64,000 bases of DNA from an uncultured Bacteroidota bacterium (GCA_937894725.1 CALAYL010000049.1:8900-72899), one strand, 5' to 3'; positions 37,376 to 47,659 are shown, counted from the first letter of the stretch. Notes: generated by a model from the sequence alone, not told the origin. Numbers and translations: made by a program.

Positions 37376-40300
37376 TTATTCTTTGATAAATCGTTTAGTT
37401 GTATTGCCTTTGGCTGTTTTTATAACCAAGGTATAAGGCGCAGATGATAGTGTCGATATATCTAGTTGAGCTGTTGCGTGATCTATAACCATTGCCCTTT
37501 TTCCCAACACATCAACAATCTCAATGGACTCTATCGATGCTGCGCAATTGATAAATAATCTTTCACTTGCTGGATTTGGATAAACAGATACCGCTATTTC
37601 TGTAATGTCATTAATGCCTACTCCCATCACATTCGTGATAGCACTCGTTTCGCTACATCCATTGGCATCTGTGACTGCTACTGTGTAGTTTCCATTGGTA
37701 GTAGCGGTGTAGGTTTGTGCATTTGCAGAAGGTATGTTTGAGCCATTGAGTTTCCATTGATAGCTCACAAAACCCGATGATGCGGTGAGTGTATTGCCCG
37801 CTTTTGCGATTGCAACACTAACAGCAGGTCTTACAAAAAGATTCAATGTTATCACCGAATCACAACCTGCTGCATTTGGGATAGTTCTGGTGTATGTACC
37901 TCCCTGAGTCAAGGTTTGTGTACCAAAGGTATAGCTCGCGCCATTGCAGATAGTGTCTGCTATGGTACTGGCACTTGATTGTTTGATAGTAAGATTAAGG
38001 GTAATGATTGAATCACAACCATTGACAGCACCGCCTGCAACAGTAAACATTGCCGTGTTGTTATTAGCTGTATAGGTGTTTCCATCTATCCAGCTAAAGC
38101 TATTACAAGCAGATTTAGTATCAATGCCGGTAGTTGGATTATTGATAGTTAAATTTAGCGTAACCACGCTATCGCATCCATTTGCAGCTCCACCAGCAAT
38201 GGTGAAAGTAGCCGAATTGTTACTTGAGGTGTAGGTAGTACCATTAATCCACGTAAAGCTACCACATGCCGTTTTCGTTTCTGTGCCTGAAGCTGGGGCT
38301 TTGATGGTTAAATTTAATGTAATAATCGAGTCGCAACCATTAGCCGCACCATTAGGAATAGTAAATGTAGCCGAGTTGTTGTTAGCGGTATAATTGGTGC
38401 CATTAATCCATGTGTAGTTACCACATGCCGTTTTGGTATCTATACTAGTTGCAGGATTATTAATTGTAAGTCTTAGAGAGTCACTATTGCAGTTTACAGT
38501 ATTTGCATATACTCCAGAGCTAGTGTAGGTTTGTCCATTTTTATACCATGTGAAAGAGCCACATGCTACTACCGATGTGTCGGTAATCGTAGAAGTGGTG
38601 ATAACTGCACGCACAGGCACTCTCGGCCCTTCACAACCTGTTGTTACTTGCCAGTTGTAGAAATAATAATACAAATCTAGTCTTGCAGTGTTCGCTGGGG
38701 CAGCAGTCAATGTACTATGGTTAATATTTACAACACCTGGTATTGAAAATGGATAACCATAGTTTCCTCCTACTGGAGCTTGAGCAGATGGGTCAAAAAG
38801 CAAACCGGTAATACCTGTACTTCTCGCCCCTGGTCTTAATTTTAGGTTTGTTCCAGGCTGAATATTGAAGTTCAATAAGACTGTTTGAGCAGTAGCTTGA
38901 GCTAGTGGATTTCCAATCACATTCACAGTAGCTGTATGTAAAATTACATTATTAGCATCTATCACATCTATAGTGACTGTACCTGCTGTATTTGCCGTAG
39001 AGGCTATTGGATAAACAACTACCGATTGAAGTGTAAATGCTGATAATGCATCAAATACCAAACCGAAAGCAGTAGTTCCTGCTCCACTAGTGGGAGATGC
39101 AACTGGTACCGTTTTACCCACATTCGTAATGCCACCTCCCGAAGTTGGAGCAGCATAATACGTAGTGGAAGATGTAATGGCAGGCGTAGTGAAAGAAGTA
39201 CCTGTAAACAACTTTGCGCCTCCCGTTGGATTTGCATACCAATTGACATCAGAGTTGATATCTGGCGTAGCACCTAATGTTGCTGTAATTGGTCCTGGCC
39301 CGCACACAGTATCATTGAATGTAGCTAATAAGCTTGGCTTATTGACTGCTACCAAAATAGGAGCAGAAGGAGAAGCCGAAATAGGTGTGCCACCACATGA
39401 GATTTCACATCTAAAAAAATATGAACTGTCTAAGCCCGTGACAGCATAAGTCAAGGCAGTTGCGCCTGCTATATCTACCCATGGATTACTACCTGTAAGT
39501 GATTTTTGCCATTGATAAGTAGCTCCAGTAATAGTATCTCCTGTAATGGTAAAAGAAACATCGCCTATTTCACAAAGTTGATTTGTAGAGGCATTTGTAA
39601 CCAAAGTAACAGGTGTAGAAATGATACGATAGGTCTTAGTATTTGAGACAGGGAAATTAGCCGCCATCAAACTTACAGACGTAGGCGCAGTAGCAAAAGT
39701 AGCGCTGTTTACACCAAAATTATTACTCAAAGCCGAATCTTGAGCTACTACGAAATAGTCTAAATTATCACCTCCTACCACAGGGCTATTGAGCAAGCTA
39801 TAATCTATGTTGAAAGTAAAAGGGGATGAGCTATTGGCTGCTTCTACATATTTCCAGCCATTATCTGCAGCAGTGTTTGTAGCTGCTAGCACATTATTTT
39901 CTGTCGATTTTTTATACCAAAGTCTTGGCTTCAAACCTGCTCCTACATGTACTCCTGACGGATCAGTGATAGTAGCAGAAAGGGTAAGTGCATTGGTACA
40001 AATCGAATTGGGGATATTAGTATAAGAAATCGTAGGACCAGATAAATCCGCCCCAATGAATATGCCTTCGTCAGCGCCAATATCTGGTGTGCTTACGTTT
40101 CGCACATCTCCATCAAAATCATCAGAAATACCTGCTACAGGCACTCCTCCGCTCTCTATCTGGGTCGGTACTGTTGGATTTATGTGTAAAAAATTAGGTG
40201 ATGAACCTACTAAACTTAAGAAAGTTGGGTTTTCAGCCACTGAGTTTGCATCAGCAGGGCTCACCCTTGCTTTGTATCCACTAATAGTCTGATCAGCATT

Positions 40301-42541
40301 TGTACCGTCAAAATAAATCAAATTATTAGCTCCTGGTGTACCCGCAAAAAAAAGATTGCTAGTAGATGCCGAATTGTAATTGGTGAGTGAAGTAGAAGAA
40401 CGCTGATATGCTACCGCATTGCCAATGCCAGCAGGTAAAGAAGTATTGATAAAAATATTGTTTTGTAGTGTTAAATTTGCTGTTGTAGCGCTAGTACTAG
40501 TCGTTACATATAAAGCTGTAGTGGCAAAATCAGTACCTGAAGAAGATGCGTCAATTCGCACTGTATTAAATGATAGATTTACATTGGTAGATGTAGAAGT
40601 AACCGTTATATTCACCCCTCTTATAGAAGGCGAGCTTGCAGTAGTAGAAGTAGCATTTGGCGCTCTCAAATCTCCTATATAGTTGTTATATACATTTGCA
40701 ATTCCCGCAGTACCCAAAGTGGATATAATCAATCCAGAAACAGTAGGACTGCCAGTCGAAGAGCTACTTATATCATACACTTTGTTCTTAAAAATAGTCG
40801 GAGAGCTCGTGGTCATTAAGATGGCAGCAACAGTAGTACCTCCTGTACTCAATGTGTGAATCAAATTGTTTGAAACAGTTCTAACTCCAGTTACTGTATT
40901 GGTATAAATTCCATATACAATTCCAGTTCCTACATGATTAAGGTTTCGAATGATATTGTACTTATAGTTTTCATCTATTGGTGAGCTAATGTTATATATG
41001 CCATACAAAGCACCAGTTCCAGTACTTTTTAAGCAAGATAAGTTGTCAATTAAATTGCTATCTACCACTATAGTTCCAGTGGATATTTGTATCCCATATA
41101 AAAGAGAAGAAGTACCTGTGCCATCTATGGATAAATTTTGAATAGTGTTTCTCTTAACATTTACCCCCATTCCATTAACACCTGCAGAAACATAGATTCC
41201 AATAGTATTTCCGCCCGTAGAACCAGTTCGGCTTATATTGCTGATTATGTTGTCATTTGCATTTATGGTCATAGCGGCATTACTACCACCAGTATAGATA
41301 GGATACACTACACCACTTCCTGCCAATGTACTAGTGCCATACGTCCAGTTCGTGATGGTATTATTATTCATATTCAAAACTGCTGGGGTAGAGCCGTTAT
41401 GATAAATCCCTCTCATTGCTCCTGTAGTAGCCGTAAGATAATCGCCTGTTAGTCTATTGCTATTGATGTTTATGGTATTGCCAGCAGGTGTAGATCCAAA
41501 AACATTTTCAATAAATGTAAGGTCTGATGTAGTAGCACCTCCGTGGAGGGTGATGTTATTAAAATTGCAATCTGCACTAGCACTTGTAGAAGATGAGTTT
41601 AGAAAGATACCTCTCATAGTAGTAGTATGATTTACTCCTGAGCCATTGTTGTTGTTTATAGTATTGTAGGATAAATTTAATCCCCACTGATTATTGACAA
41701 AAATACCCGTAGCAGGGTTTGTGGCTCCTCCGCCTCCAAAATTCAAAATCGTATTGCCTGTAGCTAAACTACCTCCTCCAATGTCGTTGCCAGTATCACC
41801 CAAAGCAAAAGGAGAGGGAGCTGCGTAGCCGATAAATGTAATTCCCGCATTGCAGTTTTGGATTGTATTGGCATAAATTTTATTGAATGAGTTTGAACCG
41901 CTCGCAGCAGTCACGGTCACTAATCCTGTGGCAGTGTTTAACCCATTTAAAACAGCTATCCCGATAGAGCCATTATGACCTGGAGAAGTCCATGCTGTAT
42001 TTTGAAGTCTATTTAAAGTGATGGTGCAATTTTTGATAGTATTATACTGGCATCCATCTGTGGCACTTGCTTTAAATAAGCCATATCCAAATTCCATAAC
42101 ATTAGTAGTGGTAGTGTTTGCAGGGTTTTCTGCCAAATCCAAACCATCAATAGTCACATAATCGCTACCTGCCAAAACGAAAAAACCATCTGCAAGTACA
42201 GAAGGAGTAGCTACAATACCTGGGTAAGCTATCAATTGAGGATTTGCTCCAATGCCAGATTTTTGAAAAACGATTGGGTTAGCCAAGGATCCAGTTGCAG
42301 TGAGTGTGATTTTTCCTGTAAGGGTTTCTGTATATCCAGCTGCAATGTTTATGGTTACCCCTCCTGCTCCTACACCTTGAGTATTCAAGTCAGTAACTGC
42401 GGCAGCTACAGTGAAATAATCACCCGGTATAGTTTTGACTCCAGATAGCTGGGCCAGCACATTTAGCGAGATAAAGCAAGTCACAAGGAAAGAGAAAAGT
42501 CTAGTGTGCGTTTTTTTTGAGATTGTGAAGAATTGCGCCAT
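37376..42541 (-). CDS. Giant T9SS-sorted surface protein (beta-helix repeats, Ig-like modules, GCDS repeats, type A C-terminal sorting domain)
   Basis: 1721 aa with a signal peptide. About 700 aa of N-x-I-x-N-type parallel beta-helix repeats are followed by five ~50-aa Cys-pair repeats. The C-terminus (VYPNPASERLFI...) is typical of a Por_Secre_tail. Confidence 0.9.
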   Translation of the reverse strand: MAQFFTISKKTHTRLFSFLVTCFISLNVLAQLSGVKTIPGDYFTVAAAVTDLNTQGVGAGGVTINIAAGYTETLTGKITLTATGSLANPIVFQKSGIGANPQLIAYPGIVATPSVLADGFFVLAGSDYVTIDGLDLAENPANTTTTNVMEFGYGLFKASATDGCQYNTIKNCTITLNRLQNTAWTSPGHNGSIGIAVLNGLNTATGLVTVTAASGSNSFNKIYANTIQNCNAGITFIGYAAPSPFALGDTGNDIGGGSLATGNTILNFGGGGATNPATGIFVNNQWGLNLSYNTINNNNGSGVNHTTTMRGIFLNSSSTSASADCNFNNITLHGGATTSDLTFIENVFGSTPAGNTININSNRLTGDYLTATTGAMRGIYHNGSTPAVLNMNNNTITNWTYGTSTLAGSGVVYPIYTGGSNAAMTINANDNIISNISRTGSTGGNTIGIYVSAGVNGMGVNVKRNTIQNLSIDGTGTSSLLYGIQISTGTIVVDSNLIDNLSCLKSTGTGALYGIYNISSPIDENYKYNIIRNLNHVGTGIVYGIYTNTVTGVRTVSNNLIHTLSTGGTTVAAILMTTSSPTIFKNKVYDISSSSTGSPTVSGLIISTLGTAGIANVYNNYIGDLRAPNATSTTASSPSIRGVNITVTSTSTNVNLSFNTVRIDASSSGTDFATTALYVTTSTSATTANLTLQNNIFINTSLPAGIGNAVAYQRSSTSLTNYNSASTSNLFFAGTPGANNLIYFDGTNADQTISGYKARVSPADANSVAENPTFLSLVGSSPNFLHINPTVPTQIESGGVPVAGISDDFDGDVRNVSTPDIGADEGIFIGADLSGPTISYTNIPNSICTNALTLSATITDPSGVHVGAGLKPRLWYKKSTENNVLAATNTAADNGWKYVEAANSSSPFTFNIDYSLLNSPVVGGDNLDYFVVAQDSALSNNFGVNSATFATAPTSVSLMAANFPVSNTKTYRIISTPVTLVTNASTNQLCEIGDVSFTITGDTITGATYQWQKSLTGSNPWVDIAGATALTYAVTGLDSSYFFRCEISCGGTPISASPSAPILVAVNKPSLLATFNDTVCGPGPITATLGATPDINSDVNWYANPTGGAKLFTGTSFTTPAITSSTTYYAAPTSGGGITNVGKTVPVASPTSGAGTTAFGLVFDALSAFTLQSVVVYPIASTANTAGTVTIDVIDANNVILHTATVNVIGNPLAQATAQTVLLNFNIQPGTNLKLRPGARSTGITGLLFDPSAQAPVGGNYGYPFSIPGVVNINHSTLTAAPANTARLDLYYYFYNWQVTTGCEGPRVPVRAVITTSTITDTSVVACGSFTWYKNGQTYTSSGVYANTVNCNSDSLRLTINNPATSIDTKTACGNYTWINGTNYTANNNSATFTIPNGAANGCDSIITLNLTIKAPASGTETKTACGSFTWINGTTYTSSNNSATFTIAGGAANGCDSVVTLNLTINNPTTGIDTKSACNSFSWIDGNTYTANNNTAMFTVAGGAVNGCDSIITLNLTIKQSSASTIADTICNGASYTFGTQTLTQGGTYTRTIPNAAGCDSVITLNLFVRPAVSVAIAKAGNTLTASSGFVSYQWKLNGSNIPSANAQTYTATTNGNYTVAVTDANGCSETSAITNVMGVGINDITEIAVSVYPNPASERLFINCAASIESIEIVDVLGKRAMVIDHATAQLDISTLSSAPYTLVIKTAKGNTTKRFIKE
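37832..38590 (-). repeat. Five tandem ~150-bp coding repeats (C..F.W.....YT..........GCDS..TLNL)
   Basis: Read from the translation, for example KTACGSFTWINGTTYTSSNNSATFTIAGGAANGCDSVVTLNLTI. The same repeat type recurs in genes 42718..47481 and 55466..60013. Confidence 0.85.
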
Positions 42542-42662
42542 AATGCGTGATTTTAGTTGTTAAAAAAGAAGATTTGTTTTTTAGAAAATAGTTGAATTAT
42601 AAATCAATAATAAGCAAAATGTCTAGGTTTAGGTAGTTTCTCATAGTAAGATCTTTTTAAAG

Positions 42663-42695
42663 CAAAAAAAACCTCGCCCATTTTGTGAGCGAGGT
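42663..42695 (-). terminator. Intrinsic terminator of the 42718..47481 gene
   Basis: ACCTCGC/GCGAGGT stem followed on the minus strand by T8. Confidence 0.75.
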
Positions 42696-42717
42696 GATAA
42701 AACAAAACACGAGATTC

Positions 42718-45700
42718 TTATTCTTTTGTAAAAGAGATTCGTTGGATGCCTTTTGCTGTTTTTAGTAAAATCATATAGCGAGCTGAACTAAGTGAAGAAA
42801 TATCTACTAGTTCATTTACATGGTCAGATGAAAGAACTTTTCTGCCAACCATGTCCGTTATTTCTAAGGATTTAATAACCTCTGTTGTGGTGATAATAAG
42901 CTTATCACTTGCAGGATTTGGATATATAGATACCGCTATTTCTGTAATATGATTTATCCCTACACCAGTTACATTGGTGATAGCACTAATTCCGCTACAT
43001 CCATTAGCATCCGTTACTTGCACCGTATAGTTGCCATTGGCAGGAGCTGTGTAGCTTTGATTTTCTGCACCGTTTATGTCACTACTGTTCAACTGCCATT
43101 GATAACTAGCAAATGTTTGTGTGCTTAGATCAAAGCCGTTTTGGGTGATGGTCGGTTGTGGTAAGCTGTTCACGGTGAGAGTAAGGGTAACAATACTATC
43201 ACATCCGCCCGATGAGATGAGTGTGTCAAGGTATTGACCTTGTTGCATCAAGGCTTGACCATTGAAGGTAAATGTTTCGCCTTGGCAGATGGCTTTGTTA
43301 ATACTTCCTGTCACAAAAGTATTCACCACCAAGTTAAGTACAATAAAACTATCGCAACCAAATGTAGTTTGCAGTGTATCAAAATACTGTCCAGCTTGGG
43401 TTAAACCTTGTCCATCGAAGTTGTATGACTGTCCGGAGCAGATGCTGGCGTTGATTGTGCTAGTTGGGCTTGGATTTACCACTACTGTAACGCTAGCTGT
43501 ATCAGAACAAGCATTGGCATTAGTTGCTGTAGCAATGTAAGTGGTGGTTTGGGTAGGTGATACTGTTTTTATAGTGCCGCTGCCTAATCCATTGTTCCAA
43601 GCGCCACCAGTACCGCCCGAAACGATAAGCGTAACCGATTCGCCTTGACAAATTACTGCCGCGGCAGGTGAAACTACAGCCACGGGTGCTGTGCGTATGG
43701 TAACCGCTATTGATGCAGTGGCGGTGCAGTTAGCAGCGTTAGCTACGGTGACTGAATAGGTAGTAGCAGCTGTAGGAGTAAAGTTAGCTAGCGCATTATT
43801 ACCTCCGCCATTGCTCCAAGTATAAGTGTCCCCACCAGTAGCAGTGAGTGCAATAGAATTACCAGGGCAAACCGATGGAATTACTGTAGTAATGCCCGCT
43901 GTAGGGTTGGCATTTACAGAGATAGATTTTGTAGCCGTTGCAGAGCAATTGGCTCCAATACTTACGGTAACTGTGTAAGTGGTAGTAGCAGAAGGCGAAA
44001 CAGTAATGTCGGCAGAAGATGCACTAGTACTCCAAGCGTAAGTATTGCCACCATTAGCAGTTAGTGTTACACTACTTCCTGCGCATACCGATGATGGGCC
44101 TGCAATAGTTGCAGTAGGTGCAGATTGCACACTAATCGTTTGAGATGCAGTGGCAGTGCAGTTGCCTGTTCCGGTTACAGTTACAGTATAAGTGGTGTTT
44201 GTAGTTGGTGAGAATGTTGCCGATGCATTGCTTCCTCCACTATTGCTCCATGCATAAGTGCCGCCTCCGCTTGCAGTCAATGTAGCAGATAAGCCCGAAC
44301 AAATAGTTGTAGGTCCGTTAATAGCAACATTTGGAATTGCGTTCACCGTAACTAATCTTGATGCTGTAGCCGAACAGTTGGTAGCGTTGGTAACAGTAAC
44401 AGTGTATGCAGTATTTGCAGTTGGTGAGAACGTTGCCGCAGCATTACTTCCGCCTGAGTTACTCCATGCATAAGCTGTACCACCACTTGCAGTAAGTGTT
44501 GCACTTGCACCATTACAAATAGCCACTGTAGTAGGTGAAATTGCTGCTGTTGGATTGGCATTCACCGTTACTAATCTTGATGCTGTAGCCGAGCAGTTTG
44601 CTGCATTGGTTACGGTTACTGTGTAAGTAGTATTTGTAGTTGGTGAAAAAGTTGCCGCAGCATTGCTTCCGCCCGAATTGCTCCAAGCGTATTGTGTGCC
44701 ACCGCTTACTGTGAGTGTTGCACTTGCGCCATTACAAATAGCCACTGTAGCCGGTGAAATCGCTGCTGTAGGATTTGCATTTACAGTTACCAATCTTGAT
44801 GCTGTTGCTGAACAGTTATTCGCATTAGTTATGGTTACAGTATATGTTGTATTTGTAGTTGGTGAGAACGTTGCCGCAGCATTACTTCCGCCTGAGTTAC
44901 TCCATGCATAAGCTGTGCCACCACTTGCTGTAAGGCTTGCGCTTGTTCCTGAACAAATAGTAGCCGTTGCAGGAGAAATAGTAGCCGTTGGATTTACATT
45001 TACTGTTACTGAACGAACAGCCGTAGCCGAACAATTATTCGCATTGGTTACGGTTACGGTGTAGGTAGTATTGGTAGTGGGCGAGAATGTAGCTGCTGCG
45101 CTATTGCCTCCGCTATTGCTCCAGACAAAAGAAGTTCCCCCACTAGCTGTTAGCGTAGCTGATTGTCCATTACATATAGCCAAAGTAGCTGGAGCGATAG
45201 CTGCTGTAGGTAGCGCATTTACAACTACTGTTACTGCCACCCTTGATGAAGCGCAAGCACCTAAACCTGATTGCACATAGAAAGTTTTGTTGGCCGTTAA
45301 TGCGCCTGTATTAAAGCTTGTGCCACTGCCTAAATTCGTGCCGTTTGTCGGTACATCAAACCAATACAAAGTACCAGAGCCGCTGGCGGTGAGTGTGGTA
45401 GAACTGCCTCTGCACACCGTAAGTGCGGGTGTAACGGTGGTGTTGGTTGGAGCAGAAGCAGGTGTGCTTACTACGTTTACGGTAATTTGTATATAACTAT
45501 AGCATTCCGGCCCCGAAGTAATGGCATCGAAAGTGGTATTAGCCGTTAATATAGGTGTGGTAAGTGTCAAACCTGAAGGAAGTTGTGTAAATCCCTCATA
45601 CCAATCTACACTTGGAGCAGTAGTAGAAACCGATAAAGTGGTAGAAGTACCCGAACAGATAGTAAGATTGCTTGCAGGCGTAGTGTTTACTGGGTTAGCA

Positions 45701-47481
45701 TATTGGTATTTTACATTAATGGTAATAGGAGTTCTTGCTGAATTACCGCAACTACTACCTGCTTCTGCATAATAGGTAAGAGGCGCGGTTTGACCTGGCC
45801 CCGAAGCAATGTTGGGCAAGTAGGGTGTAGTAAACGTTGTACCCGTTCCTAAAACTGTACCTCCACTAGCTTGACTATACCAAGAAATAGTTCCTGTTCC
45901 CGTCACTGTCAACACGGCAGATTGACCAGCACAAATGGTCGTATTACTTGCTGTGGTAGTGTTTGTCGGAGCTGCGGGTATTGCAGCTCCAACAGTTACT
46001 GGTACTGTTACTGCAAAACTACATTGATTGCTACTCGGGTCAATAGCTCTGAAACTGTATGAAGCGTTTGCGTTAAGGACAGGTGTAGTATAACTTGTAG
46101 TTGTACTTAATGTTGTAAATGGAGGTTGATTAAGATACCACTCCACATTAGGGGCATTTGATGTTCCAGTTAATACAGTAGAAGTACCGGCACAAATATT
46201 AAGATTAGCTGGAGGTGTTGTGTTCTGAGCTGAATACTGATAGTTTACAGTTATGTTGATTGGTGTTCTTACCGAAGTGCCACAGCCACTGCTTGCTTCG
46301 GCATAATAGGTAACGGTTGTAGTTTGCCCAGGCCCTGGTGTGTTAGGTAAAGCAGGGGTAGTAAATGTTGTCCCTGTGCCAAGTGATGTTCCACCTGTAG
46401 ATTGGTTGTACCAGTTTACTGTGCCGGTTGCAGTTACTGTAAGATTAGTGGTATTTGTTCCGCATCTGGATAAAAAGAAAGACTGTGTTGCATTTACCGG
46501 TGCAGCAGGCGGAGTTGATGGTGTAATTGTTACGGTAATAGGTACTCGAGCATAAGATCGACAATTTCCTGGACTTCCTGCCTGCTCTACCCAATAGGTA
46601 GTAGTAGTAGTTAAATTAGGTGTAGTAAAAGTTCCGCCAGTAGCTAGTGGATTGCCTCCAACTGAAGTTGGATACCATACTTGCAAGGAATTTGGGTTGC
46701 TTAAACTTAAAGTAGTACTTCCGCCATTGCATACAGATAAATTTGCAACTGGTGTATTACTAGCAGGCGGCACAGCAGTGCAAAGAAAAGGAGTAAGCGA
46801 TATTGCATCGTTATAGTAAAACACATCCTGAATTCTACCCTCAAATTGTTGATCACCAGTCCAAACATTGCCTATTCTGAAAATCCGGTTACTCGTGCCA
46901 TAAGCAATCGAGGTTGTATTTACAGTTGAACTTACAGCCACACCATCTACATAGAGTTGTAAAAGGCCAGAACTGTTTCTTGTGAGTGAAACCAATTTCC
47001 ATGTATTCAAGTAGTTGGCTGAAGTAACAGCTACTATTCCACCCACAAATCCTCCTGTTCTGCGATAACCATATTGTAGATTTAAAACGCCTGCGTTGTT
47101 AGTAAATCGCAGATAAATGTCATTATCCCCCATCGTTAAAATGCTGGATAATCCATTGGTAGGTGTTACTGCATCCATATAAACCCAAGCAGATAAAGTA
47201 AATGTTTGGTTTTGGAAAGGTGTAGGATTGCTAAAATAGTTGTACAAAACAGCATCGGTAGAGCCTTGTCCAAATCGGGTTGATGTGTTTGGTAACGAAT
47301 TTCTGCCAACCTCTTGCGTACAGGCACAACCGGAACTATCTGCATTATAGCCGTTGCCCGAGTAATCTTTGTAGTTGGTATTGCCTAAAGGATAATAGGC
47401 AATCAATCCCGTGGTGGAAATTTGCGCAAAGCTGAGCATAAATGCCATCGTTGCGATCAGTGTAGTCCATAATTTTTTCAT
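42718..47481 (-). CDS. Giant T9SS-sorted adhesin-like protein (LamG/ConA-like lectin domain, ~100-aa Ig-like modules, 8 x ~73-aa repeats, GCDS repeats, type A CTD)
   Basis: The track ORF was trimmed to the Met at 47481 (MKKLWTTLIATMAFMLSFAQ signal peptide). The LamG_3-like region runs LIAYYPL...SAWVY...LYVDG...GRIQDVFYYNDAIS. The C-terminus has IYPNPASDKLII. Confidence 0.9.
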   Translation of the reverse strand: MKKLWTTLIATMAFMLSFAQISTTGLIAYYPLGNTNYKDYSGNGYNADSSGCACTQEVGRNSLPNTSTRFGQGSTDAVLYNYFSNPTPFQNQTFTLSAWVYMDAVTPTNGLSSILTMGDNDIYLRFTNNAGVLNLQYGYRRTGGFVGGIVAVTSANYLNTWKLVSLTRNSSGLLQLYVDGVAVSSTVNTTSIAYGTSNRIFRIGNVWTGDQQFEGRIQDVFYYNDAISLTPFLCTAVPPASNTPVANLSVCNGGSTTLSLSNPNSLQVWYPTSVGGNPLATGGTFTTPNLTTTTTYWVEQAGSPGNCRSYARVPITVTITPSTPPAAPVNATQSFFLSRCGTNTTNLTVTATGTVNWYNQSTGGTSLGTGTTFTTPALPNTPGPGQTTTVTYYAEASSGCGTSVRTPINITVNYQYSAQNTTPPANLNICAGTSTVLTGTSNAPNVEWYLNQPPFTTLSTTTSYTTPVLNANASYSFRAIDPSSNQCSFAVTVPVTVGAAIPAAPTNTTTASNTTICAGQSAVLTVTGTGTISWYSQASGGTVLGTGTTFTTPYLPNIASGPGQTAPLTYYAEAGSSCGNSARTPITINVKYQYANPVNTTPASNLTICSGTSTTLSVSTTAPSVDWYEGFTQLPSGLTLTTPILTANTTFDAITSGPECYSYIQITVNVVSTPASAPTNTTVTPALTVCRGSSTTLTASGSGTLYWFDVPTNGTNLGSGTSFNTGALTANKTFYVQSGLGACASSRVAVTVVVNALPTAAIAPATLAICNGQSATLTASGGTSFVWSNSGGNSAAATFSPTTNTTYTVTVTNANNCSATAVRSVTVNVNPTATISPATATICSGTSASLTASGGTAYAWSNSGGSNAAATFSPTTNTTYTVTITNANNCSATASRLVTVNANPTAAISPATVAICNGASATLTVSGGTQYAWSNSGGSNAAATFSPTTNTTYTVTVTNAANCSATASRLVTVNANPTAAISPTTVAICNGASATLTASGGTAYAWSNSGGSNAAATFSPTANTAYTVTVTNATNCSATASRLVTVNAIPNVAINGPTTICSGLSATLTASGGGTYAWSNSGGSNASATFSPTTNTTYTVTVTGTGNCTATASQTISVQSAPTATIAGPSSVCAGSSVTLTANGGNTYAWSTSASSADITVSPSATTTYTVTVSIGANCSATATKSISVNANPTAGITTVIPSVCPGNSIALTATGGDTYTWSNGGGNNALANFTPTAATTYSVTVANAANCTATASIAVTIRTAPVAVVSPAAAVICQGESVTLIVSGGTGGAWNNGLGSGTIKTVSPTQTTTYIATATNANACSDTASVTVVVNPSPTSTINASICSGQSYNFDGQGLTQAGQYFDTLQTTFGCDSFIVLNLVVNTFVTGSINKAICQGETFTFNGQALMQQGQYLDTLISSGGCDSIVTLTLTVNSLPQPTITQNGFDLSTQTFASYQWQLNSSDINGAENQSYTAPANGNYTVQVTDANGCSGISAITNVTGVGINHITEIAVSIYPNPASDKLIITTTEVIKSLEITDMVGRKVLSSDHVNELVDISSLSSARYMILLKTAKGIQRISFTKE
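43477..45220 (-). repeat. Tandem array of eight ~218-bp coding repeats (Ig-like, Cys-pair)
   Basis: Units resemble NANPTAAISPATVAICNGASATLTASGGTAYAWSNSGGSNAAATFSPTTNTTYTVTVTNAANCSATASRLVTV. The central copies are nearly identical at the protein level. Confidence 0.9.
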
Positions 47482-47606
47482 AATTTTTAAGTTTTGTCTA
47501 GTGCAAAAGTGCACTTCGAATTCATTGAATTTCCACTCAACTAACGAGCTACGTGTAGCCGATGTACGAAAGTGCCATTTGGGTGTACGAAAGTGGTTTT
47601 TGGGCA
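47482..47606 (-). promoter_or_regulatory. Conserved upstream cassette, copy 1: 21-bp-phased direct repeats plus a -7-like box
   Basis: Plus-strand TGTACGAAAGTG occurs at 47563-47574 and 47584-47595. A CACTTTTG (-7-like) box lies at 47504-47511 on the gene strand. Only a few mismatches separate it from copies 2 and 3 over the distal half. Confidence 0.7.
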
Positions 47607-47641
47607 AGAAAAATCCCGACACTTTTGTAGCATCGGGATTT
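47604..47641 (-). terminator. Intrinsic terminator of the 47660..49540 gene
   Basis: AATCCCGA/TCGGGATT stem followed by TTTTTCTTG on the minus strand. Confidence 0.75.
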
Positions 47642-47659
47642 TTTATTGAGAATTAAATA

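Noticed and set aside
43477-45220. A regular ~220-bp periodicity that could superficially suggest a CRISPR-like or satellite array
   Set aside because: The repeats are contiguous with no unique spacers. They are far longer than CRISPR repeats and maintain one long open reading frame encoding Ig-like modules.
43262-46555. Multiple 60-95-aa plus-strand ORFs antisense to adhesin gene A, and the analogous set at 56300..59693 antisense to gene D
   Set aside because: These are shadow ORFs produced by the Thr/Ala/Gly/Ser-rich repeat composition of the minus-strand genes. They repeat with the same period as the sense repeats and have no start context or independent signals.
47482-47622. A 47-codon N-terminal extension of track ORF 42718..47622 (MSGFFLPKNHFRTPKWHFRTSATR...)
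   Set aside because: A canonical signal peptide starts at the internal Met (47481). The extension is the conserved non-coding cassette. The same nucleotides upstream of 49749..51245 are open only in a different frame that is not contiguous with that CDS, so the conservation is at the DNA level, not the protein level.
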